In this document: piece after piece, positions 1 to 13,280 of the stretch
How positions within the stretch are numbered: position 1 is the first letter of the stretch
Layout of the letters: each line of letters starts with the position of its first letter
NCBI GenBank assembly: GCA_950097015.1
Contig: CATNEN010000007.1
Span: 6,882,001 to 6,946,000 of the forward strand
From: Macrostomum hystrix
Taxonomy: Eukaryota > Animalia > Platyhelminthes
Length of the DNA stretch: 64,000 nt
Reading direction: 5' to 3'
Translations under genes and position numbers: made by a program
Notes under the pieces: model-generated
What the model saw: only the letters and a program-made list of their open reading frames with translations
Told to the model about the DNA's origin: nothing
Databases searched by the model: none

Positions 1-2098
1 ACCAATATAGAATGTTAGGAACTATTTTCAGTTAAGACTAAGCAGAAAGGGCTTTTGTTATTTGAGATAAGCCAATGCTAGCATTAGGTATATCATGGTT
101 TCATATTTTAAGGCAGCTACTATTTTGTCCTTGAATGTTACTACACAACATAGTTAGCCTATTGAATATTGAGACTTAGGTCAATTAATAAACATTCTTA
201 ATTTAAATCAAGTCACATCTGAGTATCTTTTTTATTGATTTTGGCCAATTGAAAAGTTTAAATCTTTAAAAGGCCTATACAGACCCTTCATGGATTAATG
301 TGGCCCTCATTTTGAAAATTAAGGATTTTAAAGTGTTTTAGCTATATTTGATAAGCTTTGAGTTCATGGTGCAGAGTGGTGTAGAGTTTAACCAATTAAG
401 ATAAGCCAATAAGACTACAAGTATTGTTTATTACAACTTTGTCATAATATACATAATAGCCCTCCAATAAATATGATTATGACAATTTTGTAAAAACAGC
501 AAAAACATTGCTAGGCCAATCTAGATTAGGGGCCTATTATGGTAAAGAATAGGCCTATGCATTTTGTGGCCCAAATTTGGGGCAGGAGCCCCAATTTGCA
601 AGCTAGGGTGAAGTTCCCCCTGCCTCACTGGCTATCTAGCCTAACAATAGGTAGCTAGCAGTTGCTTTTTGGTTAGGCTTTAGAACTAGGCTTTAGAACT
701 ACTTTATGTGTAACAGTATATTTTTATTACATAAAAACAGCAAAAAATCAACAGAAACTATATCAGGCCCTATTTAAACAACTACTACAGATAGCTAGTC
801 TAGAATAGGGTTGTAAAACAAGTAGGCACTAGACCTAGGCAATTGTTGCAAAAGAAATTTAACACTAACAATCTAGTAGGCCCCTACCCCTAGTTGACGT
901 TCATTTTATAAAAGTTTATTTAACTTATATCTTTATTGTCTGTTGTCTGCTCTGCTAGTGCTTATATATGTGAAATACATTGAACTTATTAAAACTAGAA
1001 TTTTAAAAGCTACAGATCAAAATCATTGGGTATCTTAAAAGGCTAACCATCCCTATCATAAAACCCTTGCTAGATCTTGCTACGTCGATCGAGACATGTG
1101 TTATCATCAAAATTTAAAAGTGAGAATGAAAATTAATTCGATCCCCAATTATTCGTATATTCTTAATTTTTATATTACAGGGATAGTTTCTAAATAGTTT
1201 TAGACAAAATTGTGAATAAGCTGCTAATAAATATATAATTTCTGCTCAATCAGATTTTTTGTTATAGTAGCTACAGTGAAAAGCAAATTACAAAAAGCCC
1301 CACTGCATTTTTACTAAGAAGCAGTAGCTGCAGTAGCCCTAATTTGCAACAACTTAATAAATGAAGATCGATTAAAGAAGTCCTTAATTAATTACCTAGT
1401 TCTTACTAGGTTCTTACTAATTATTTCTACTATTTGTAATATCTATTGGTGCTTCAAAGACCGGGACACAAATACATCGGAATCGGATGAAACAAAACTA
1501 AACTGGAGGGTTAGAAAATACGTTTCTGATTACAACAGTAGCGAGGTGGCAACAAATCAGAAAGAAAAGAGGTAGAGAATACGCGCATAAAAAACGATCA
1601 GAGGGGACAAAAAGACTAGGGCTTGGAACTATGTAAATAAGAGAATTGATGAGTGAAGGGATGGCAGACTGAATATGGAGGGAAGAGACTGAGAAGTCTA
1701 TAAATGAGATGTCTATAATAAACAATTATTTAATTTGACATACTTTTTATGCTTAATCACTTTGGGCTCCAGCAGTACGTGACGAAATTGTGTTGGAGAG
1801 CAATGCAACGTCAGTAATCATAGCAATTATCTATCTGTCAAAAGTACGCGCGCTCGTGCGTGCTCGTGCTCGCGCTCGAACAGAAAATATTTAGTTGACG
1901 ATTTAGTCTCTAATTTAGCATACTAAATTTTATCTGTGCAGGAAGTCACTACCACTCTTATCTATGGCAAAATGCTACTTTATCTAATGCAGAACCCCAC
2001 AATCAATTTTCTTTACTATTCATGTTCTTAGATGATTATGCCAGCCAAATCCAATCGTAAACTATGTGTAAGTAAAACATAAAAAGCCTTTATGAGGC

Positions 2099-4374
2099 AT
2101 GTCACTGGAACTGTTCCAGCAGTTTGTGCGCAACGAGATCGCCAGCGATCCGAATCTAGCCGCGGTTCTAAAACGTAAAGGTGGTCTGCGCCGTTGCAGT
2201 CAGCTATTCGAGGAAGCTGTCACTGACCTTCATTATCGACTCATTCGGCGGGCTGTGCAGCTGCTTTTCTCGCGAGTCAACCGGTCTCGATTGCGCCAAT
2301 TGAATGCCGCAGTGCGTTGCCGAACAGCTACCGAAGACGGCTGCTGCAAGACGAAGTATGCGTCCACCGACTCCACGTGTACGGAAACGCATAGCAGGAA
2401 CGATAGCCCAGCCTGCTCACAGTACTCCGAGTGCTCACATGCCAGTGACAGTCACAATATAGTCACAATATATAGTCACAACATCAACGGCAGTGCACGA
2501 AGAGACACTCAATCGAACAATTCTCGGTGAGCCAAATTTTTCCTATAATTAATTTTATTTGCACTGCACAAACCGGTGCGGTTGACAATCACATTTGCTA
2601 ATAGATGAGCATCAGTATCTAGTTCTCTGATTATCCTATTTTATTGGTACGTGCCGAAGATTTTAATTGTCAAAACAAGAATGAACAAGAATGTGCTGAA
2701 AACCCAAAAGCAACTGAATTCGCAGTCATTCTGTCTCTGATACCATGAAAAAAAGTTAAATTATAGATACCATAACAATTCTGACATTTTTCAGAAATCT
2801 TAGACGGTCGCCAACAAGTTGCGGTGTCAGTGGCGGCAACAGCAGATGGAATCAACAGCGAACAGAGCCACTGGGTTGTCCACAGCAGAAAAACAATCAG
2901 CAGACGATGTTTCAACCTCGACAAGCGCTCGGACAGTGTCGGATCGAATTGAAGAGAGACCAGTCGCCAAAACTGCTGCCGCAGCCGCCGCATTCTCAAG
3001 TACCGCTGCTAGTGCCGCCCCAGCCGGAGCCGGAGTTGCGCGAAGGCCCGTCTTGCAGCTACCCAACGGCTGGCAGGCACAATCGCCAGGTCATGACCAG
3101 CTGGTACGTGGCCAATATGGACGCCCTGCTAACCAACCTGATGCGCCTGTTTGATAAGATCTACACCGACACTCTGCGAATGTGTGGCACAAGTCCAAGC
3201 GCTCTGCTGGACTTCAAAAGTGCCTTGCCGGACCCCACTCTGCTCAGCATGCAGCAGCGGGCTGGTGGCGATTGGCGGCCAAATTTTATGAGCTGCAAGA
3301 TCGACTTCTTGCTGCACATTGCCACCATGGTTTATCGGAACACGCAAGACCTGCGCTGCGGCTGCCCGTGCCCAGAGCCAGTCGACCCGTGCGCTCCAAG
3401 AAATCAACCAGCGCCGTGCTCAGAGCCAGCGGAGCCGTGCGCCCCAAGAACTCAACCAGCGCCTTGCAGGTTAGCTTTGCAGCTTAACTGCTTTTTACAG
3501 GTGCAGTTGGGTTCCCCCTGCTGAACCAAGCCTTACTAAGAACACGAACAGGACTGACAAGCTTACACTGACGATTGCCATGGTACACAAACTGCACGGC
3601 ATGTGCCATGATTGTTGAAAGTCGTTTTTGCCATCATGGTTCACAACACAATGCATAATGACTGGACCCATGTGTACGCCCCGCAGGTTAAATCTGACGT
3701 TTCCTAAGGAGCAACAACAATTCAGGTGGCAGCCACAGCAGCAGCAGAGGCAACACAAGCCAGCTTTGTTTCGAGATAGTCGAACAACAAATTGCAACAA
3801 TTCCACAGCCGCCACGTCAACGACTACGGACGAACTCGATGAAGGCAGTGAAAGCAGCACGCAGCACAGTTGCAGCTGTGAGCAATGTACAGGCCAAGGC
3901 CAGGATGCTCAAACAAACGGCTGCGATGCTCGATCAGCCAGCGAAAGCTCGTGGACCAACCAATGCAACAGTTGCAATGGAAAAAGTGTGCCCAGCAAGA
4001 GTAGCCGGCTCAAGTCCAGTCAGGCGCGGCAGCAGCAGCAAAAAGCTGTCTATAATGTAGAAAAGTCGTTTCGATTTGCAGCTTCTTTGAGGAAAAACGT
4101 CAGAACAAATGGTAGTGCAGGGTCCGACGTAACAAGGACTCGAAGAGCCAGTCGAGCAATCAAACCAGCTGCTGCAATCTTGCGGGCGAAGCAGCGCCAG
4201 CGGCAGACACCGTCACGTCAGAAAAATGTGGTCGTGTTAAGATCCAAAGCGTTTGTAACAAGAAGTTATTCGACCAGCGAGTCCGACAGTTCAACTTCCG
4301 CCACTTCGCAGTTTTTAAGTTGCAGCAATGCGACAGGCAATGCCAAAAACTGCGGTCTGTGGCTCAACTGTTGA
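2099..4374 (+). CDS. Putative multi-exon orphan protein, Cys/Ser/Gln-rich (~600 aa)
   Basis: Three ORFs join in phase: exon 2099-2526 (donor GTGAGC), exon 2795-3469 (acceptor TTTTTCAG, donor GTTAGC) and exon 3687-4374 (acceptor CCCCGCAG). An alternative acceptor at 3500 (TTTTTACAG) would give a short isoform. Contains a duplicated C-x-E-P-x-x-P-C-A-P-R-x-Q-P-A-P-C motif. No family recognised. Confidence 0.5.
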
Positions 4375-5582
4375 TTTGGTCCACTAAGAGTGTCTTGTCT
4401 GTCATTTTCTTTTCAGTTCCTATACCCATCTCTAACATAACTTATCATGAGCAAACATACCCCTTAGTTTTCCATTAGTGGGTTAAATTAAGAACTCGGA
4501 CATTTAGACTAGTAAAACTCTAGTAAACAATCGAAAATGAAGAATTATAAATGAACATTAATCAGCTAAGCTAAGGCAAGTAAAAGCATGACAATGGAAA
4601 GACATTTGGTAAATTGTGACGCGTTCGTTTTAGACCGTCCTAGAGAATTTGACAGCAAAGACATTCTCCTTTCTACTGAGTGAGTAGCAAGCTTCGAATG
4701 TTGAATTAACGTTTTCAAATTTATTTTCAGTAAGAGAAGAACTGCTATTGTGAACAGAACTTGTGCGTTTTTTATGTGCTTTCCTTCTTTTCTATTAAGT
4801 TGTTTCCCCAAATCACTTGTATCAGCCCTTGCGTCATGTTGTTTGGTAACAGCAACTTTTGAGCATTTCATAGATAATAAAATATACATTAGAAATATTG
4901 CAGTAAATTGTATCATCAGACTGAAATGAAGTGTAAAAAGATATTTTTAGTGATATAAGCATTTACTAAGTATCCATACTTTAATTTCAAAGCGAAAATT
5001 TGTTATTAGTCCGCGGTCTGAATAGCAGCGGCAGTTCCACACTCGCATCAATAGGAGTCCTGTGTTCGAATCCTGTCATAAAAATATTTTTTCCCAATGA
5101 GGGTTGTCACTCCAGCAAAGCTTTTGCAATTCTATACAATAAAATGAGGCGAAAAATGTTCAGATAAATTAGCTGCACACAGTTGTGAGTCAAAGCATTG
5201 CTAGCAAAACTGAACCAAAGCTCAATGAGCTGCGATGTCGGAGGTCCGTGGTGGTTGAAGTTTTCTGAAACTCCGAGTAGCGATCAAGATTGTTTGGATC
5301 CGACACCAAAAGCTGTCATTCAAAAGACAAAAAAATGAGAATTAGCCCATTTTGAAAATTTGAAAGAAGAAATCTACCACTGACCTGCTCTCCATGAGAT
5401 CTTCCATGGGCCACAATACACTACGAGTATTGGAAGTAAAGGCAATGAAATGGAATGAAAAACTAGCAGTGATGCAGAAGATACTAGTGCTATCTGACTC
5501 AAACCATTAACTAGAACATTTTAAAAGGCAAGTAAATACAAAAATGTATTAGCAAACCTGACAGATATAAATTTACACAATT

Positions 5583-5710
5583 CAGACACGCTAGGACCAC
5601 TAGGAGTAGGTCTACTCCTAAAGTTCCTTGCAGACACGATGCACACCAATCAGACACGATGCACACCTGTTAGACATGATGCACACCTATCACACATGCT
5701 ACACACCTTT
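5583..5710. repeat. Short imperfect ~21-bp tandem repeat (CAGACACGATGCACACC...)
   Basis: 4-5 degenerate copies visible. Confidence 0.55.
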
Positions 5711-5884
5711 CTATCGAATTGCAAAAAGCTGAACCTGTGCACAGAAAGCAGAGATCCTGGCACGGAAATGTTTGATCGTTAACGCATCCTTAGCATCAGG
5801 GTGATGCTGCTAGCAAATCAGAGAAGATAAATCGATAATGTTTGGAATAGAAATGCGCCAGATCTGCTTCGCTAAATCGGCCGC

Positions 5885-7435
5885 TCAGTTCAGCTTCAGT
5901 GGCTTCCATGTGTCGCCACGGCTGCCGCTCGACGACTCGTTGGCCTCCTCGTGCTCAGCCTCGGCCAGGCTGACCTCCTGAAAGAAGGCGTCGCCGTTGG
6001 GCCCAGCGCCGGAGTCGGACTGCCGCCGAACCGTGACGGAGTTGAAGCTGGTTTCTGCCAGGGCGACAGGGCCGTTGCCAGAGACGAACGCATCGCCTGA
6101 CAGGACGCCGTTGCTGCCGCCGTGTCCTGACGCCTGAAAAGGTGTGTCCGGCAGGATGGTGAGGCGTGAGTACTTGCACCGGCTGTCCTCTCGGTACTGC
6201 AGCCAGGACTCGTGGCGCAGCTGGCCCAGCGTCACCAGCGCAGTCGCCACCTGCACCAGGGCGGCTGCCGTCAGGGTAATGGCATCCGGCCGCTGGCCCG
6301 CCACCAAGAAGCCGATCAGCTGGACCAGCGAAACAGTCGCGCTCCAGGCAAGCTGGAAAATGCGGGACCTCTCAGAGCGCAGCCAGTGGAGCAGCGTCGG
6401 CAGGCCAGTGATGAGTCCGACGATGCCAGCAATGACCAATGGAGCGTCGCCAGGGCGAAGCGGCGGTAGGCTAAGCGGCTTTGTCACGACCAGTGGCTGG
6501 AGGACAATACACGAGACGCAAAGTAGGCCGGCCGTCAGCGCCAGCAGCGGCAGGGCGGAGACTCCGCCAAGCTTCCAGTACACAACGGTTACTGCCACCG
6601 CCAGAAAGATGGCTGCGGCTGCGCAGCCGGCAAACTCGACCGGTGGTGTCGGCGGCAATGATCGGAATTCGACGATCTGAGTAATATTATTATTGGCGCT
6701 GGCAGCAAGTCTGGGAGTCGCAAGAAGCGCCGCCCTCAGAAATGAAGGCCGAGCGAGCAGGCAGAGATTTACCACAGAGACTGCGGCCGCCAGCAGGCCG
6801 TACTTGGTGCAGGCGGTCTGCAGCACAAAGCACAACGGCAGAGACATGACACCAGCGTAGCTGAAGAAAATGCAAGCCGCATCGGCAGCCACTGGAAGGC
6901 GCTGGACGGCACGCAAGCCGAGCTGGCAGCTGGCGCAGAGCAGCGCGGCGGAGCAGAGCAGGGGGCGCCAGTGGAACCGCACAGCTGGCGCCACGTTGCC
7001 GTGCTGAAAGTGGCGTAGCAGGAGGCCGGCGCAGGCTGCTAGAAAGAGCGGCGCCGACGCTGCGAACAACAGCTGGTGGCTCGGTGCGCGAAGGGCAGCC
7101 AGTCGGCCCGCGCACCAAAACGCGGTCGCCCAGCAGCAGGCAGCGCACAGGCCCCAGGCCAGTGGCGGGATGAAGTTGAGCAGCTTCCGGCGCAGGTAGC
7201 CGGAGCAGGTGAGGTCGTAGTCGCCCATCGCCGCCTCCTCGTCGACTTCTTCTTCATCCTCCTCCTCCTCGGCCATCTCGTTCGCGCCATCCGCACGATG
7301 CGTTTCGGATGGATCCTCTAGCACCTGGTCCATCGGCACCGCCGCCGGCTCCATGACCTGCACCGCTGCAGCCACTGGAGTTGACGCTGAGGACGATGTC
7401 ATCTCAGCAACTGTTGACGCGTTTCGATTATTCAT
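5885..7435 (-). CDS. EamA/DMT-superfamily (SLC35G-like) multi-pass membrane transporter, intronless CDS
   Basis: Long ORF with ~10 hydrophobic segments. 'LPVAADAACIFFSYAGV...VNLCLLARPSFL' resembles the SLC35G 'LPLADAT.I.F...LI.RPPFL' signature. Likely ATG at 7435, directly after an acceptor-like CTTCTCTCGCCAG. Confidence 0.75.
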   Translation of the reverse strand: MNNRNASTVAEMTSSSASTPVAAAVQVMEPAAVPMDQVLEDPSETHRADGANEMAEEEEDEEEVDEEAAMGDYDLTCSGYLRRKLLNFIPPLAWGLCAACCWATAFWCAGRLAALRAPSHQLLFAASAPLFLAACAGLLLRHFQHGNVAPAVRFHWRPLLCSAALLCASCQLGLRAVQRLPVAADAACIFFSYAGVMSLPLCFVLQTACTKYGLLAAAVSVVNLCLLARPSFLRAALLATPRLAASANNNITQIVEFRSLPPTPPVEFAGCAAAAIFLAVAVTVVYWKLGGVSALPLLALTAGLLCVSCIVLQPLVVTKPLSLPPLRPGDAPLVIAGIVGLITGLPTLLHWLRSERSRIFQLAWSATVSLVQLIGFLVAGQRPDAITLTAAALVQVATALVTLGQLRHESWLQYREDSRCKYSRLTILPDTPFQASGHGGSNGVLSGDAFVSGNGPVALAETSFNSVTVRRQSDSGAGPNGDAFFQEVSLAEAEHEEANESSSGSRGDTWKPLKLN

Positions 7436-9217
7436 ACTGGCGAGAGAAGCGGCTGCATTGGCTCGAGTCTGGCTGGCGTAAGATATAGACCCAGTGCGAC
7501 CAAGTGCCAACCAACAATGCACTCCGATAGGTGCGGGATAACTTTACCGCACGCAGCAAGCGGCAGGTGTTGAAGAGTGCCACTCGTTACTCCGCGATTA
7601 GAGTTGTCGGGCTTAGGTCACCGCGGGGTCGAAGACAGCAGGAGCGAGTAAACTAATTGGGGACTGTGAGAGGAAAAATTCTTATCCAGTTTTTGAGCCA
7701 ATATCTGGACATTGGGGAGGAGGCGGCGCTGTCTGGGAATAGGGATACAATCGAACAGCGCAGAAGAAGAGGGTCTAAATGAAGGACGCCGGAGTCCACG
7801 TGACCGCCTGCTCAACTGCGCGGGAGTATCTGGCGAGTGCGGCAGTCGCAACGCGCACCGTTTTAAGTTGAGTGGCTCGCAACCCAGCCCACCCCATTGG
7901 GGTGGGGGCGAAGGATCGCTCCCATCCCCAACCCCTAGACGTGGAGGGGAGCGGGTTTAGCAGCTCCAGCAACAAACAACCTGCACAGGAGCCCGATCTG
8001 ATCCATTTCGCTCCAGTGTTTTTCAGGCAAGAAATTTGTTGGGACAGACTGTTTAGTAGTGGTGGAAGCAAGCAAGACTTGGTGGCGTGTGTCTAGGGCC
8101 CTGGAGGCAGTCGCCCATGCGCCCTCCCAATCCAATCTCCCATGTTGCATTTCACCTGTTCCACCCTGTCGGCAGTTTTTTTATTCCTCTCTCCTCTCCT
8201 ATTCTTCTGTCTCTATTCCTAACTTTATTCGCTCGCTTAACATGGTAGTAAAGAGTGAGCAGATACGAGTGTGCGAGAACTGCACTGGGAGTTACTCTCG
8301 TGCTGCGTGCGCGCGGTAAGCGGAACGGCAGGCCAATAGCTGTGTCAGGCTGTGTTGCGCTAAATAATCGGGCTGCTAATTTTCTGAAACCAGCCCTCAG
8401 CATGTTCTAGTATTAATGAAGCCAATTAGTGCCAATAGTCTAGTACTAGAGTGCCTCAGCAAATCAGAGTAACATTATAATGATTTCCTTTTCATCAGGA
8501 TACGGTCGAGTATCAGGAGACACAGTCCCTACAACAGGAGAAGCAGTAACCATTTTTAGCCTCTTTGCTTCCGAAATTGCGGAGTTACCAGGACACAGAA
8601 ACATACAAACCTTGAGCTCCGTCAAAGCGGAGCATTGCGGAAAAAGGGAGATCAATCGAGCACAAGCGCAGCTTGTGCCTTTGCAGAGACAATAAGAAGG
8701 GAGAAATGGCGTGATCTTCCGACACGCTGGGCCACCTGGTAGCTAAAAATAGCAACGAAAAGGGGTTCCCCGGCACTTTGGAGTTCCTCCTGTCTCAATA
8801 AAGCGTTACATTTTTATTGTAGTTCTCGACAAGTGCCGCTTTTGTATTTTTTACAGAAAAAGAAGTAAGATTTTTCACTTATAATTCAATGAATTATTGT
8901 AAGTAATTTACGATATTTCTGTGAAAAACTGTTAACTTTTCCGTGTTAACACAAAGAATGTGTATTTATTGAGCTATTTACTCTTGAATGGCATGAAGCA
9001 GTAAAATGTCCCATGGAAATTAATTCTAGGAAATCTGCTCGAGCGGCACAAACTGAATCTTATGTACAACCGCAGTTTCTGTAAGAACAAAATTACTTCT
9101 ATTTTTATGTGTAAGGAAATCAGTTGTCAACCGATTTATTGATTTGCTGATCAATCCGGTTAAGTTGCCCTTAGCCAGTTATGGGAAAGATCGCAAATGA
9201 TACTACGATTGGTTGAT

Positions 9218-9830
9218 CTCCCTATCGATTGATCTCCCTATCGATTGATCTCCCTATCGATTGATCTCCCTATCGATTGATCTCCCTATCGATTGATCTC
9301 CCTATCGATTGATCTCCCTATCGATTGATCTCCCTATCGATTGATCTCCCTATCGATTGATCTCCCTATCGATTGATCTCCCAATCGATTGATCTCCCTA
9401 TCGATTGATCTCCCTATCGATTGATCTCCCTATCGATTGATCTCCCTATCGATTGATCTCCCTATCGATTGATCTCCCTATCGATTGATCTCCCTATCGA
9501 TTGATCTCCCTATCGATTGATCTCCCTATCGATTGATCTCCCTATCGATTGATCTCCCTATCGATTGATCTCCCTATCGATTGATCTCCCTATCGATTGA
9601 TCTCCCTATCGATTGATCTCCCTATCGATTGATCTCCTTATCGATTGATCTCCCTATCGATTGATCTCCCTATCGATTGATCTCCCTATCGATTGATCTC
9701 CCTATCGATTGATCTCCCTATCGATTGATCTCCCTATCGATTGATCTCCCTATCGATTGATCTCCCTATCGATTGATCTCCCTATCGATTGATCTCCCTA
9801 TCGATTGATCTCCCTCCCTATCGATTGATC
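9218..9830. repeat. 16-bp minisatellite (GATTGATCTCCCTATC)n, ~38 copies
   Basis: Near-perfect tandem copies, just downstream of the death-domain gene. Confidence 0.97.
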
Positions 9831-10013
9831 TCCTGATAGATTGATCTTCCGATCGATTGATTGGGTATTTGGCTAACTGATCATGAGCTTTAAAGTCTCA
9901 AATTCATCAGCAAACCAATTCATGGAAGGATTGAGCAGCGAATTGATTGTTAAGTCTATTGATAAATGTCAGACTCATCAACCTGAGGCCACCAGTTCTC
10001 CGGTGTTCCCGGC

Positions 10014-13000
10014 TCAGTCCTCGGCAGCAGCCAGCCGCTCCGGCGTCAGCTCTCGGCCCTCGGCGTGGCAGAGACGCAGCAGTTGAGCCAGCCGACGCCT
10101 GCCGATCCGCTCCAGAGCGTCGGCCAGCGCATCCGCCGGCGCGTCGTCCGCAGCAGCCGCCGCCCGCTTCCAGTACAGCAGCACCCGATAGGCGATGCTG
10201 GCCGCGGCCGGCGGGTAGCGCAGCGGCGCCGACTCGAAGCTCAGCACGGAGACGGCGCTGTCCGGAAGGCCTAGCTCGGCGGCCAGCGCCACCGCCTCGT
10301 CGCCGTCGGACAGTCGGCCGGCCAGCGACTGCAGCGACTGCCGGCTCATCGCCTTCGACTCGCGGCCATCTGGCAATGTAAAGTACAGTGATCAAAATGA
10401 GATGATAAATTAAGAGCAAAGTTCGCTTGTCTGACTACTGGTTGAATTAACTAAGTAGTGCTAAATGATTTTAAAGAGTGGTGAACAGCAAAAATAAATT
10501 TAGTAGCTAAATAGCCAGAGAGAAGTACAAGTAGAATCAAAGAACTCAAAGGTGTTGCTGTTAACTAGACACAAAGGAATCGTTTGTGAATTTATTGCTC
10601 GCCGAGAAAAAATTCTGCGTGTTCAGAAATAGGCACGAATAAGCCTTTAGAAATGAGCTGCTCAACCAAAAGGAAGGAGTTAAAATATAGTTTTGTTTCT
10701 TTGAAGGCTTTTACATGAGAACGTTGCATAGCACACCAAGGTCGCAGGGCAGGCAGTTCTTTGCTGAGGCAGAGGTGGAAGTCGGACTGTTTTGAATGGA
10801 ACATCGGATAAGGCTGTCCTTGGAGGCAATAAGTTGCGAATAATTGCACTTGCGAATCCCCATGAATAGGCGGGATGGACTCACGGATCGGAGGCCTCGA
10901 ATTCCGCTTCGGCGCGGTCAGTCGCTGCAGGCTCTCCTGCCGGGCCTGCTCAGGCTTGAGTCGGTAGATGCGGAGGTCCAGCAGTCGCGGGTAGTAGCGG
11001 TACCAGGCCGGGTGCTGCTCCACCGGCTTCCACTGCTCTGCCGCCTCAGCGGCCGCCGCAGCCTCCGCGGCTAAGGCCGCATCGGCCGGATCCTCGGGCG
11101 CTGGCGGCGGCTTCAAGTCCAGGTAGGCCTTCAGGTCGCGGAACCCAACGGTGAATTCGTGCGTTGAGAGCTGCTCGCCGTTGCTTTTGAGCACTGTGAT
11201 AACACCTCTGCTTGGATGGTAAAGAAAAATCGCTTGGCCAATGTTTCTCATGAGTACATTCTGTACAACAATACTGTCCTTACAAAGCTAGAATTTGAAT
11301 GCAAGCGGGCTCACTTGAATGTCAGCGTCTCGTGGCCGGCCACGTTCACCAGTTGCTCGTCGTCATCCAGCGGCTGCCCGGAGTCGGCAGCTAGCTCTAG
11401 CAGGTAGTCGTAGAAGTCGCTAGCAATGGTTGCCGTCCGGGCGGTTGGCGCAATCTCGAAAAGGGCAGTCCGATCAGCGAATCGACGATGATACTGGATG
11501 CGGACCTCCTCGCGGGTGCGCGTCTCGCCGAGGTGGCGTAGGCAGAAGTCGCCCGCCATCTGCAGCGTCAGCGTCTCGCCCTCCCGCAGCGGAATCTCCA
11601 CCCGACGATTTTGGGCGTCCTCGCGCTCCGCCTCAGCGGCCGCCGCAGCTGCCGAGATGTCCCGCTCACGCCGTCGTCGGCGAAGCTGCCGAAGCACCTC
11701 CTGGACCTCAGACTGGCGAGGCTGGCACTTCTCCAGACGGCGCCACGCGATCCCCCTAACCGCGTCGCCGTCGCTATTTGTACTCTGCTCGTTGCCGATA
11801 GGCGCCAGTCGCGCTCCCAGTGCCCAGCGGCGCCGCTCAAAGGCGGCGAACAGCAGCAACTCGCCCGGCACGGCGACATTCAACTCGGCGCAGCGGGTGA
11901 AGCCGAGGGTAGCGCGCGGCAGCCACTGCGGCGAGGTTGCCTCCAGCAGACAGAAGCGGGCCGGCTGGCGGCACTCGAAGCTGATGGACTTGCGTGTCAG
12001 CCGCACGGAGGACTTCTTGGCATCCAGAGCGGACCAGCCGGCCTCCGGACGCGGCCGGCTCATGATGGCCAGCCGGTCAAGGATTTCGCGCCTCTCTGCG
12101 CCGCGCATCCAGTCGGGGAGCGGCAGCTTCACGGTCAGGCCGCGACGGCAGGGCGGCCCGTAGTACTGCAGGTTATACATCGGCGACAGGGAAGCAATGT
12201 CCTGCGTCTCCGAGCGGTGCAACGAGCGAGCCAATGACATGCGCTCCGACGAGAAGGGCAAAATCTGAGGGCGATGTCAGGTGTTAAATGATTAAAACAC
12301 ATCACATTTTTATATTATCTTACATTTTTTCATATCACCCACTGAAAAGTCGATGCGCCCCGGCTCGCTAAAGGCGTTCTTTGGGACCCGCAGCGAGGCC
12401 AGCGGGTCCAGCCGGAGCCTCAGGATGCCACCGGCCGGCGTCACCTCAACCGGCTCCTGCACCGGCGACAGCAGCGCCAGGTAGACACCGGTCGAGCCCG
12501 CCTCCACGATCACGTATGAGCTCTCGCCGTCCTGCTCCGTCGCGACCTCCGAGGCGGGGGACAATTCGCGCCATTCATTCGCCGACTCGCCGTTGACTTC
12601 GATGCAGACTCCGGCTTCGGTCTCCTCCACTCGGTGGAGCAGCCGCAGCCGGCTGAGAGGCGGCTCCGGTCGCTTCAACAGCGGCAGCTTCAGGAGCAGC
12701 CGGCAAGGCAGTCGGCGGCAGCTGGTGGCCAGCGCGTACACCGGAGACACCACCGACTCCAGCTCGGCCAGTGGCGGACAGAACCCGGCCAGTTCGGCTG
12801 GCTGGACGGCCGCCACCTCTAGCGACTCGGTCGGCCGGTTGAAGACGCCCTCTGGAACGAAGATTTGGCCGCCCTCGGGCAGCTGGAAGCGGCCGCCGCG
12901 CCGTCCCGGATGTAGGCAGACCGAGTGACTGCGAGTGGCGATGAATGGTTAAATGCCGATTCCAGACTTTTACAAATGACTAGTCTACTCACAAGTAGCA

Positions 13001-13280
13001 TGATTAGCAGATACTGCAAATTAATTCTATTTTCCGTGTACTCAGCTAAAACTAGAAACAATGGGTCATAGAGGTCAAAAGGTTGAGCCAGTGCTTATGC
13101 TCACTGCATCAGCTTGTTTGTCTCAGCCTCCCATTCAACCAACTCACTCAAACTGCGAGAAGACGGCCTCAAGACCCTGGGGAGGCCCTGCCTCGGAGAC
13201 CAGCTGCAGATGGTGCGTCTTGGCGTGATGGCCGGACCTGGCCTTGCCATGCGGCAGCCGCGACGCTGCGAGAGGCTGCG
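10014..13280 (-). CDS. DTHD1: ZU5-ZU5-UPA-Death domain protein (DTHD1/PIDD-like), multi-exon, 5' end uncertain
   Basis: Phase-consistent exons 13280-13148, 12928-12343, 12264-11315, 11207-10885 and 10369-10014. ZU5 starts 'GGRFQLPEGGQIFVPEGVF' and 'VTPAGGILRL..P.ASLRVPKNAF'. UPA-like 'IPLREGETLTLQMAGDF'. C-terminal death domain 'ALAAELGL...VLLYWKR...LADALERIGRRRLAQ'. Additional small upstream exons are plausible at ~14030-14400. Confidence 0.8.

Noticed and set aside
5010-5080. tRNA-like GTGTTCGAATCC
   Set aside because: Only a T-arm/B-box is present and no cloverleaf can be built; it is probably a decayed SINE head.
10592-11251. Stand-alone 219-aa gene
   Set aside because: Only 11207-10885 is an internal exon of the death-domain gene; the rest is intron read-through.
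6144-12237. Plus-strand ORFs overlapping the minus-strand genes
   Set aside because: They are antisense shadows of GC-rich coding exons.
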